A stretch of 64,000 nt of DNA from Styela clava. Its lineage: Eukaryota. The stretch lies in contig NC_135257.1 in the NCBI RefSeq assembly GCF_964204865.1, forward strand, positions 2,976,001 through 3,040,000. Reading direction: 5' to 3'. Shown here piece by piece: positions 1-11,528 of this stretch (position 1 is its first letter; each line of letters starts with the position of its first letter). A program made the translations under genes and the position numbers. The notes under the pieces were generated by a model. The model saw only the letters and a program-made list of their open reading frames with translations. It was not told the DNA's origin and searched no databases.

Positions 1-822
1 TGGTAGATGTGTAACAAAATATCTTCTAGGTATAGGAATATTGTGCATGACATTGAACTTTGAAGCTAAAATATACGACGACAACCATCAAGCATAAGTT
101 ATCACTTTGAAATAGCGACATTTGAGAAATCTACATAGTATTAAATAAATAACAAGCGTACTGTGTTTGGGAAAAACAATGTTGTAGTGTATATTGAATT
201 GTCTATTTTGAATGGAAGTAAAAATCATCAGTGCTATATAGGGCTCATTGTATGTTATTTACGTTTTAAAATGCCAACAAACAGTATCAAAGCAAACCCA
301 ATAGTAGGGCTACAAACGCGATAACATTGATCACGGTTTTTCTTAGTAAAAACAGTTGTAAGTGGGCATTCAATAGAATGATATGTATTTGTAACAATGT
401 ATCTATTAATTTCTACAATAACCTACGTGTACATGTTTCAAGATACAAATGCGGTAAAGTGATATCTTTTGTCAGTTTATCAAGTTTTTCGTCTCTTCCA
501 TACAATATCTGACGAATAATTTCTCGAGTCCATGTTGTGCCTAAAAAGAATACATAACTTGATATTGTCTGTCATTTTTCTGTTTCTTTTATTTGTAACT
601 ATTTTTTAAACCTGTTTTTACACACGATGCCACCATCACTTCGTTTTCTCTTGGCTCATGATGATCGAATGCATAAGATACTGTATCTGGATGGAACTGC
701 GGAATGAATAAATGATCATTCCATTCTAGAACTTTGTCTTCTGGAGAGTATGTGAAAGTATCTTGGAAATGGACGAAGTCTTTCTGGCACCATTCAGGTA
801 GTTCTTGTTTTAGATTTGCCAT
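1..822 (-). CDS. Cytosolic sulfotransferase, array copy 1 (partial: exon 1 822-612, exon 2 540-427, start of exon 3 65-<1)
   Basis: Spliced ASCVKTG/TTW 5'-phosphosulfate-binding loop with GT-AG introns. The rest of the gene is outside the window, so its functional status is unknown. Confidence 0.88.
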
Positions 823-1322
823 AGAGTTTATTATTTACAAAAAACACTGCAATTATATGAAAGGGCCAAGTCTTGCATATTCAAATAAAATTTGATTGCA
901 TTGAAATAATAATATATAAAAGAAAAGTGTCAACCTTCTTATATTTAAACTACCTTTGCTCGGTCGTAAAACTCCATAAAATGTATTTTGAACAAAACAC
1001 TGAACCTGACTTTATATCTGCCGTGTTAAATGTAGTAAAATCGTCATTATGATATAATAAAAGAGTTTATCCGTAAGAATGTAGCATGCGATATTATTTA
1101 TTTTAGAAATTAATTCAGTCCGATGGAACCATATCGTAACAACATGAATTATAATTAAACTTGAAAGAGATGTAACTTAACTATTCGATAGCAACAATAT
1201 TCATATTGTCATCCAAAAAAAACTACCAATCCCACTATTCCACAGACCCAGTAGATCAGGTGCTAAACAGGAAACGAAACCATAAGAATGATAAGCACTC
1301 GCGCTATTTTCCCCCTATAAGC

Positions 1323-1602
1323 AACAGTAATTAAATAAGAAGCTGTTCCATTTAATACTGCCATCCGAATTATATTTTTGTAGTCACTGTGTCTATTACG
1401 TTCGGATTTGGGTATAATCCACCCGTTTTAAGAATTTGAATTTAAGAATCCTACTTTTCTACAAGCCCAGTGAGGTCTTTCCTGTAGACAACAGTAATTA
1501 AATTAAAGATTGTGTATTCAATATTGACGTCTGAATTCTATTTTTGTAGTCACTGCATCTATTATAGATGCGGATTTGGGTAGAATCCAAGTGTTTTCAG
1601 GA
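1323..1602. repeat. Diverged direct repeat with about 168-bp spacing (in every unit)
   Basis: AACAGTAATTAAAT...TTTTTGTAGTCACTG...CGGATTTGGGTA.AATCCA occurs at about 1323 and about 1490. Confidence 0.75.
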
Positions 1603-1793
1603 TTGGCATTCGTCAGATAGTCTAAGTCGTATTAATGATTCCTTATTGAATTTCACATATTAACGCTCTCGTTTTGTCCGTTTGCCACTACAAATCTTGG
1701 CGCAAACAATGTTTAATCCAAATGATGTGTGGTGTGGTACAAATGATTGGTCTCATAGGTTCTGTTGAAATATCACACATATCTAAAGTATTC

Positions 1794-1944
1794 AATCACA
1801 AATTATTATTAATTAGAAAATTTGCTGATAAATCATCTATCTATATTTCGGCAAAGTATAAGTACCTTAAATCACAAATTATTATTAATTAGAAAATTTG
1901 CTAATAAATCATGTATCTATATTTCGGCAAATTATGTGTACCTT
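1794..1944. repeat. 76-bp tandem duplication upstream of the SULT gene (in every unit)
   Basis: AATCACAAATTATTATTAATTAGAAAATTTGCT...GTACCTT starts at 1794 and again at 1870. Confidence 0.9.
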
Positions 1945-2868
1945 GAATTGGCATTTAGTATATTCGATTCGATTTCCTGGTTTCGAACGGCTTTCCAAAG
2001 CTTATTGTCAAGGCCAGTTTCGTCTCATATTTGTTTCTTTATTGTGGCCTGAATGCCAAAAAAAAAACAAGTAGCGCTAGTGACGGGCTAGGTCCATCAC
2101 GAGTATTTAGTGCTCTGCAAGTCTCTCTGCAACTTCAACTATTAATGCACGAGTACCTTAAAAGCACATCTAAATAAGCACTGCAAAGTAGTTGGAAGTT
2201 ACAACTAATGTACGTTCTTATTGCCAGAGTCAATTATTAACCTGCTTGACCGACATATATTCCTCTGTAGAATACAAACCTTTTTTTAGTAAACAGTATC
2301 ATTAGAGTGGTCTCGATAGCTACAATGTAAGGCGATTGAAGTTGTGCAAACAAAACTCAATTTCCAGGCAGTTCAAATACTGTACGGTGTACGCAATATA
2401 TATTACTAAGTGGGTTGGTTTGGCAGACGAATAGGTTTTTCAATGAATAGGTTTTTGAACTATACCGGTTCCATTCAATGTTCATGCTTAAACCTTGGCA
2501 ATGTGACCATTTGCAACTCTGAAGTCATTTGTGATTAAATTGGTATTTCTATATTATATCTAGAATAGAAAACGTACCATATTATACTTTCATATGCATT
2601 AGTAGCTTTTGGCCCCCGGGAAGGGGCTGATTAAACTTTTGCTTATAAAGATAAAATACCAATCATTTTTATTCATACATCATATTCAATGATCCATTCT
2701 TCTTGATTATATTGAAACATCAATTGAAATATCTCGTGCTATGAGTCAATTACGTACCGTATCACGTACCACAGTCAAACATTTCACATAAAAACGTCAC
2801 TAAATAACATACTTCAACTTAACACCACCTGAATCAACTTTCGGTACAGTGACTCTCACAACTGTTTA

Positions 2869-2937
2869 GGGCTGATGGACGACTCGACTACACGGACAAC
2901 TCACCAGGCCTAGCTGTAGTCGAGTTGTCTGCCACCC
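2869..2937. repeat. Palindromic mini-element of about 69 bp (in every unit)
   Basis: GGG...GACGACTCGACTACA pairs with TGTAGTCGAGTTGTC...CCC (14/15 in the core), with an extra internal GACAACTC. Confidence 0.65.
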
Positions 2938-3009
2938 ATTTCACATGTCCCGTGACAATGATCTGTTTTTATCCATTCAATTGCAACCTGAATTGAAATA
3001 CTAAGGGCA

Positions 3010-3313
3010 TTTGGTCCAGTAATCAATAAGAAAAGCGACTTTTTAGGTTTTCCACTAGGTGTTCAAAAACGTGTCAAAGAACAAGAACAACAAGAGAGCT
3101 ATGCTCAAATATATGGACAGGTAGAGCCACATAATTTTGATGACGTCATAGCAAAAAAAAAGTACTAGCCTCCTGGAAAAAAAATTATATCTCTAATCAC
3201 TGGAAATTTCAAAGCAATTGGTTCAGTAATCAAAGAGAAAAACAATTTCTTCAAAACGTGTCAAAGAACAACGAGAACAACACAAGAGAGCAATGCTTAA
3301 ATATATAGACACG
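3010..3313. repeat. Two diverged monomers of about 190-200 bp with AAC/AAG-rich tracts (in every unit)
   Basis: TTGGT(C/T)CAGTAATCAA...TTCAAAA(A)CGTGTCAAAGAACAA...ACAAGAGAGC(T/A)ATGCT(C/T)AAATATAT occurs twice. Confidence 0.75.
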
Positions 3314-4540
3314 AAAGCTCTTTACAATAATTACATCACGCTGTTAAACCAGAAAATATTTTTTGCATTGATAAAACCGCAACCACGATATTTCATAACA
3401 TGTTGAACACTATTGGTACATTGTAATGCTTCCTTATTGGCATATTTATGTTGTTTACCGCAGAACTGTAATGAAAAAAGCTAAAAGATAAGCATAAACA
3501 TAGCAGCTGTGCAAGCGTACAAATAAAATGGAAAAAGTTAATTTGACTGCAAATGCAGGGAGAGTAACATTTAAAATTTTAAATAAACGTGATATGCTTT
3601 GGCACTTATCTACGTCACATGTTAAAAATTATCGGAGAAGTTGTAAAGTTCTTCCTTAGCATACTTTAGTTATTCACGGCAAAACTGTAACGAAAAGATG
3701 AGAGCGTAATTCACAGTGTTATGGTACCGGTGCCTTAACTCACCAGTACCATACTTTATCTGTAAGTCTGATACCGGTATTCGATGGTGGAATGGTTCTT
3801 CTTTGGCATGTACAAACTCAATTCATTTTATGTTATCAAAATAAACTAATACGCTAGTATACAAAACTTGAATTTGTGCAATAGTAAGTCACCGTGCTGC
3901 GTTACCGTACGTTCGCTTCTTCGCCGCAATCGCCACAAGGTGCCGCTATTTTTCATTGTGATCACCAATTCGCACAAAAAAACTAATCTCTTGAAGTCCA
4001 CAGAAAATTTTGAAATAAATAAAAGTAATTTTTTGCATTCTATAAAAGGTCGTATATACATAATACAATCTAAGACAATCTGAAAAAAATGTGCTACCGA
4101 AGGGTGCCATATTTAAAGCCATGCCCTTTTTTCGAAATGTGGAAAGTTATCTTGGTTAAGATGTTTTCGGTAAATTACGGCAAGATTCATTTACAAATAA
4201 TTTGCTGTCAAATCTCATTCTAGATTGGATTTAGACAAAATCAACTGATAGGCTGGAACCAAAACTTCTTTAGTTTTTGTATCTCTCGATATTAAATCAT
4301 TTTTAACTGCTTTCCAGATGCCTAATTTTCAATTGTCCGATCTTACAAATTCATTAGCGTCTGCTCTGCATTTTCCTTGAACTGTTCGCTGCTCAGCAAG
4401 TGACAGCATTATGAATCGCGTTGTTCGCTTACGCTGTTAGGACGTTGTTACGTCATAGGCATAGATAATAAATTGGACTAATATATAAGCTTTGCAGCGC
4501 AAAGGGAACCAGATCAAACTGAATTAAAAACTAGTTTTGC

Positions 4541-4618
4541 TGGCCGCACACAATTCCAAATTGGCACTTCTCCGCGGGCCGCTCAATTTGGCCGCGGGCC
4601 GCACATTGCACACCCCTG
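4541..4618. mobile_element. Solo hAT-like terminus (in every unit)
   Basis: GC-rich GGCCGC/GCGGGCCG repeats ending TGCACACCCCTG, like the right end of the hAT MITE at 62750-63051. No matching left end found in the unit. Confidence 0.65.
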
Positions 4619-4659
4619 CCATAGAGTATACTTAAATTACCATTTCTTGAAATTTATAT

Positions 4660-4665
4660 TTTATT
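4660..4665 (-). terminator. Candidate polyadenylation signal AATAAA for the SULT gene (alternative ATTAAA at 4805-4800)
   Basis: Hexamer about 310 nt past the stop codon; weak evidence in such AT-rich DNA. Confidence 0.3.
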
Positions 4666-4977
4666 TATATTCTTACAACATTTGATACGCGGTAAATATT
4701 TCATATATTTCTATGAAAATTATAAATAATATAAATTTAGTGTATATATATTTAAATTATATATATATATATGAAAAATTAAACGACCAAATTAAATTTT
4801 TTAATGCTAAAAGACTAAAGTTCCCAGTATACTCATTAGTACATTAATAACAAGCTTAAGCGATTGGCAAGAATAATAAAGTTTATACTGAATTAATACA
4901 AGTTCTCAAATTTGCTTCCAGTCGGCTTGGGGCCTAACGGTTAAATTAGAATGAGTTGAATATTCTACGATAAAAAC

Positions 4978-7373
4978 TTATTCATATATAAATTCGATTC
5001 CTGTTTCTTTCATCTTTTCTTCAACTTGTCTATCTATTTCATCAGATTGTTCCGCGGTAAAATAGTTTTTCCACTTGCCAATGGTTCCTGAAATATAATA
5101 ACTCACTAAGAAAGGGAAGAATTAAAGACAAATATACAAATTCGTGGCTAAACAGCATACAAAACTATCTAATAAATATACCAAAACACAAGTATTGCAG
5201 CATAATCTTATGACGCAACGAACTAATTTATAAAACTTTTGTACCTGTAAAGCATTGCTTAGTTGCATGGCGATTCATTCCATCTTCTGATTTCGATTCC
5301 ATATCCGACTTCTTCATGTTGTCAATTGAACAATTTTTAACTATTTCATAGATTTCGTCATCTGATAGTTCTACTCCCAAGAATTCTGACAACTCTTTTG
5401 TTTTTTCGAAAGGATTCTTGATATAAAACAAAATACATTTTGAGGTCAGGCTGTAAGAAATGTCATCTCATATCAATTACACAGTAATTCGCATTATACA
5501 CTCATGTTTGTACGTATACAACGTATTCCATTTTTAAAGCTAGTTGTATGATAAAATTTCAAAACATAGAAATATTTCAAAATTAAAATTTTTTAAACAG
5601 ACATCTTTTAGATGGCTTGATTGAGTGATCATTTGTTGTTGTTCAGAATTAGTTCAATATGGATTACTTTTATCATTTCTTCATACACGATCAATATTGC
5701 ATTCTTGTTGTTTTTTATATGCGGCAGCCAACTCAAAATGTGATCCAAATATGATTCTCCTTTTCGTATGGCCAGAGGAAGAGGATCTAATTGAATAAAA
5801 TTTTCTATTTATTTTCTAATTGATTATTTTATTATTTTCAATCCAATGTCGTTTGCCTGATAATTGATGCTTTTCAAAGGAATTTTTGTATTAGACAATT
5901 AAAAAAAAAGGTTTTCAATAAACGTTTTTTGACATTAAAGATCCCAGTTATTTAACCAAAATACTTTGGACTAGACACTAAATCTTTGGTCTCTTTCTGG
6001 CATAAAATAATATTGTATGTAAATAATCGCTTTCACTAAACATTTTTCGACATTAGATTTTAGTTATTTAAGCAAAATACTTTGGATTATCGACTACATT
6101 TTTTGCATTTTCATAAAATAACATTGTTGTTTGTCCCCAGTCTGTGAATGCTATTACCTTTCATTTGTCGTTCAAAATAATCGTTTCAATCATCGGGTGA
6201 AAATCTTGCTAATTCACCCTGCCAAGGAAATCCCTTAACAAAATGAAAGAACGATACCAGCCTGTCCTTTGGATTCCGCAATGTGTAAACGATCTGAAGA
6301 ATGATCACAAATAAAATTTTTCATTGCTTGTTTATTCATATTTTGTAAATACAATTTAAATTGTTTACTAAGTGGCATATAATACAGCTCTTCACTATGT
6401 TATATTTTACTTTTGTAAATCTATAATATCACTTCGAATGATCGATAGAATATTTTATTTCCAGAATTTTATTCTCTTAGCTTATATATACGTAACATAG
6501 GCTTGCCTTTATGTTCCTTTTTTCGTATTTTTCTAAATTCACCAATTCAGCTGGTAGATGTGTAACAAAATATCTTCTAGGTATAGGAATATTGTGCATG
6601 ACATTGAACTTTGAAGCTAAAATATACGACGACAACCATCAAGCATAAGTTATCACTTTGAAATAGCGACATTTGAGAAATCTACATAGTATTAAATAAA
6701 TAACAAGCGTACTGTGTTTGGGAAAAACAATGTTGTAGTGTATATTGAATTGTCTATTTTGAATGGAAGTAAAAATCATCAGTGCTATATAGGGCTCATT
6801 GTATGTTATTTACGTTTTAAAATGCCAACAAACAGTATCAAAGCAAACCCAATAGTAGGGCTACAAACGCGATAACATTGATCACGGTTTTTCTTAGTAA
6901 AAACAGTTGTAAGTGGGCATTCAATAGAATGATATGTATTTGTAACAATGTATCTATTAATTTCTACAATAACCTACGTGTACATGTTTCAAGATACAAA
7001 TGCGGTAAAGTGATATCTTTTGTCAGTTTATCAAGTTTTTCGTCTCTTCCATACAATATCTGACGAATAATTTCTCGAGTCCATGTTGTGCCTAAAAAGA
7101 ATACATAACTTGATATTGTCTGTCATTTTTCTGTTTCTTTTATTTGTAACTATTTTTTAAACCTGTTTTTACACACGATGCCACCATCACTTCGTTTTCT
7201 CTTGGCTCATGATGATCGAATGCATAAGATACTGTATCTGGATGGAACTGCGGAATGAATAAATGATCATTCCATTCTAGAACTTTGTCTTCTGGAGAGT
7301 ATGTGAAAGTATCTTGGAAATGGACGAAGTCTTTCTGGCACCATTCAGGTAGTTCTTGTTTTAGATTTGCCAT
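4978..7373 (-). pseudogene. SULT array copy 2, nonsense allele W181*
   Basis: Exons 7373-7163, 7091-6978, 6616-6507, 6293-6158, 5786-5668, 5416-5245, 5087-4978. In-frame TGA at 6188-6186 in exon 4, where other copies and the paralog have TGG. Confidence 0.85.
5920..6127. repeat. Diverged duplication of about 115 bp within SULT intron 4 (array gene only)
   Basis: GACATTA...AGTTATTTAA.CAAAATACTTTGGA...CATAAAATAA.ATTG occurs twice; the paralog intron appears to have one copy. Confidence 0.65.
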
Positions 7374-10300
7374 AGAGTTTATTATTTACAAAAAACACTG
7401 CAATTATATGAAAGGGCCAAGTCTTGCATATTCAAATAAAATTTGATTGCATTGAAATAATAATATATAAAAGAAAAGTGTCAACCTTCTTATATTTAAA
7501 CTACCTTTGCTCGGTCGTAAAACTCCATAAAATGTATTTTGAACAAAACACTGAACCTGACTTTATATCTGCCGTGTTAAATGTAGTAAAATCGTCATTA
7601 TGATATAATAAAAGAGTTTATCCGTAAGAATGTAGCATGCGATATTATTTATTTTAGAAATTAATTCAGTCCGATGGAACCATATCGTAACAACATGAAT
7701 TATAATTAAACTTGAAAGAGATGTAACTTAACTATTCGATAGCAACAATATTCATATTGTCATCCAAAAAAAACTACCAATCCCACTATTCCACAGACCC
7801 AGTAGATCAGGTGCTAAACAGGAAACGAAACCATAAGAATGATAAGCACTCGCGCTATTTTCCCCCTATAAGCAACAGTAATTAAATAAGAAGCTGTTCC
7901 ATTTAATACTGCCATCCGAATTATATTTTTGTAGTCACTGTGTCTATTACGTTCGGATTTGGGTATAATCCACCCGTTTTAAGAATTTGAATTTAAGAAT
8001 CCTACTTTTCTACAAGCCCAGTGAGGTCTTTCCTGTAGACAACAGTAATTAAATTAAAGATTGTGTATTCAATATTGACGTCTGAATTCTATTTTTGTAG
8101 TCACTGCATCTATTATAGATGCGGATTTGGGTAGAATCCAAGTGTTTTCAGGATTGGCATTCGTCAGATAGTCTAAGTCGTATTAATGATTCCTTATTGA
8201 ATTTCACATATTAACGCTCTCGTTTTGTCCGTTTGCCACTACAAATCTTGGCGCAAACAATGTTTAATCCAAATGATGTGTGGTGTGGTACAAATGATTG
8301 GTCTCATAGGTTCTGTTGAAATATCACACATATCTAAAGTATTCAATCACAAATTATTATTAATTAGAAAATTTGCTGATAAATCATCTATCTATATTTC
8401 GGCAAAGTATAAGTACCTTAAATCACAAATTATTATTAATTAGAAAATTTGCTAATAAATCATGTATCTATATTTCGGCAAATTATGTGTACCTTGAATT
8501 GGCATTTAGTATATTCGATTCGATTTCCTGGTTTCGAACGGCTTTCCAAAGCTTATTGTCAAGGCCAGTTTCGTCTCATATTTGTTTCTTTATTGTGGCC
8601 TGAATGCCAAAAAAAAAACAAGTAGCGCTAGTGACGGGCTAGGTCCATCACGAGTATTTAGTGCTCTGCAAGTCTCTCTGCAACTTCAACTATTAATGCA
8701 CGAGTACCTTAAAAGCACATCTAAATAAGCACTGCAAAGTAGTTGGAAGTTACAACTAATGTACGTTCTTATTGCCAGAGTCAATTATTAACCTGCTTGA
8801 CCGACATATATTCCTCTGTAGAATACAAACCTTTTTTTAGTAAACAGTATCATTAGAGTGGTCTCGATAGCTACAATGTAAGGCGATTGAAGTTGTGCAA
8901 ACAAAACTCAATTTCCAGGCAGTTCAAATACTGTACGGTGTACGCAATATATATTACTAAGTGGGTTGGTTTGGCAGACGAATAGGTTTTTCAATGAATA
9001 GGTTTTTGAACTATACCGGTTCCATTCAATGTTCATGCTTAAACCTTGGCAATGTGACCATTTGCAACTCTGAAGTCATTTGTGATTAAATTGGTATTTC
9101 TATATTATATCTAGAATAGAAAACGTACCATATTATACTTTCATATGCATTAGTAGCTTTTGGCCCCCGGGAAGGGGCTGATTAAACTTTTGCTTATAAA
9201 GATAAAATACCAATCATTTTTATTCATACATCATATTCAATGATCCATTCTTCTTGATTATATTGAAACATCAATTGAAATATCTCGTGCTATGAGTCAA
9301 TTACGTACCGTATCACGTACCACAGTCAAACATTTCACATAAAAACGTCACTAAATAACATACTTCAACTTAACACCACCTGAATCAACTTTCGGTACAG
9401 TGACTCTCACAACTGTTTAGGGCTGATGGACGACTCGACTACACGGACAACTCACCAGGCCTAGCTGTAGTCGAGTTGTCTGCCACCCATTTCACATGTC
9501 CCGTGACAATGATCTGTTTTTATCCATTCAATTGCAACCTGAATTGAAATACTAAGGGCATTTGGTCCAGTAATCAATAAGAAAAGCGACTTTTTAGGTT
9601 TTCCACTAGGTGTTCAAAAACGTGTCAAAGAACAAGAACAACAAGAGAGCTATGCTCAAATATATGGACAGGTAGAGCCACATAATTTTGATGACGTCAT
9701 AGCAAAAAAAAAGTACTAGCCTCCTGGAAAAAAAATTATATCTCTAATCACTGGAAATTTCAAAGCAATTGGTTCAGTAATCAAAGAGAAAAACAATTTC
9801 TTCAAAACGTGTCAAAGAACAACGAGAACAACACAAGAGAGCAATGCTTAAATATATAGACACGAAAGCTCTTTACAATAATTACATCACGCTGTTAAAC
9901 CAGAAAATATTTTTTGCATTGATAAAACCGCAACCACGATATTTCATAACATGTTGAACACTATTGGTACATTGTAATGCTTCCTTATTGGCATATTTAT
10001 GTTGTTTACCGCAGAACTGTAATGAAAAAAGCTAAAAGATAAGCATAAACATAGCAGCTGTGCAAGCGTACAAATAAAATGGAAAAAGTTAATTTGACTG
10101 CAAATGCAGGGAGAGTAACATTTAAAATTTTAAATAAACGTGATATGCTTTGGCACTTATCTACGTCACATGTTAAAAATTATCGGAGAAGTTGTAAAGT
10201 TCTTCCTTAGCATACTTTAGTTATTCACGGCAAAACTGTAACGAAAAGATGAGAGCGTAATTCACAGTGTTATGGTACCGGTGCCTTAACTCACCAGTAC

Positions 10301-11528
10301 CATACTTTATCTGTAAGTCTGATACCGGTATTCGATGGTGGAATGGTTCTTCTTTGGCATGTACAAACTCAATTCATTTTATGTTATCAAAATAAACTAA
10401 TACGCTAGTATACAAAACTTGAATTTGTGCAATAGTAAGTCACCGTGCTGCGTTACCGTACGTTCGCTTCTTCGCCGCAATCGCCACAAGGTGCCGCTAT
10501 TTTTCATTGTGATCACCAATTCGCACAAAAAAACTAATCTCTTGAAGTCCACAGAAAATTTTGAAATAAATAAAAGTAATTTTTTGCATTCTATAAAAGG
10601 TCGTATATACATAATACAATCTAAGACAATCTGAAAAAAATGTGCTACCGAAGGGTGCCATATTTAAAGCCATGCCCTTTTTTCGAAATGTGGAAAGTTA
10701 TCTTGGTTAAGATGTTTTCGGTAAATTACGGCAAGATTCATTTACAAATAATTTGCTGTCAAATCTCATTCTAGATTGGATTTAGACAAAATCAACTGAT
10801 AGGCTGGAACCAAAACTTCTTTAGTTTTTGTATCTCTCGATATTAAATCATTTTTAACTGCTTTCCAGATGCCTAATTTTCAATTGTCCGATCTTACAAA
10901 TTCATTAGCGTCTGCTCTGCATTTTCCTTGAACTGTTCGCTGCTCAGCAAGTGACAGCATTATGAATCGCGTTGTTCGCTTACGCTGTTAGGACGTTGTT
11001 ACGTCATAGGCATAGATAATAAATTGGACTAATATATAAGCTTTGCAGCGCAAAGGGAACCAGATCAAACTGAATTAAAAACTAGTTTTGCTGGCCGCAC
11101 ACAATTCCAAATTGGCACTTCTCCGCGGGCCGCTCAATTTGGCCGCGGGCCGCACATTGCACACCCCTGCCATAGAGTATACTTAAATTACCATTTCTTG
11201 AAATTTATATTTTATTTATATTCTTACAACATTTGATACGCGGTAAATATTTCATATATTTCTATGAAAATTATAAATAATATAAATTTAGTGTATATAT
11301 ATTTAAATTATATATATATATATGAAAAATTAAACGACCAAATTAAATTTTTTAATGCTAAAAGACTAAAGTTCCCAGTATACTCATTAGTACATTAATA
11401 ACAAGCTTAAGCGATTGGCAAGAATAATAAAGTTTATACTGAATTAATACAAGTTCTCAAATTTGCTTCCAGTCGGCTTGGGGCCTAACGGTTAAATTAG
11501 AATGAGTTGAATATTCTACGATAAAAAC

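Noticed and set aside
327-512. Recurrent short ORFs (327-512, 1674-1892, 1822-2052, 3846-4061, 3868-4083 and their copies)
   Set aside because: Mostly non-ATG starts, antisense to exons or inside repeats, with no recognisable motifs. They recur only because the unit is duplicated.
5757-5770. RKG in exon 5 (AIRKGESY) as the displaced PAPS-binding motif
   Set aside because: It sits at the position of the GxVxYGSW segment, about 90 aa before the GxxG motif, so it is probably coincidental.
6186-6188. In-frame TGA as selenocysteine or an alternative genetic code
   Set aside because: It replaces Trp rather than Cys, coexists with TGG in sister copies, and I saw no SECIS-like ATGA..AA..GA stem in the 3' flank. 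The genes are intron-containing and nuclear, and TGA as Trp is not seen elsewhere. A SECIS search would be the formal test.
2679-9229. The 6551-bp unit as a transposon, rDNA or histone-type repeat
   Set aside because: No TIRs or LTRs at the unit ends, and no transposase, rRNA, tRNA, snRNA or histone sequence was recognised.
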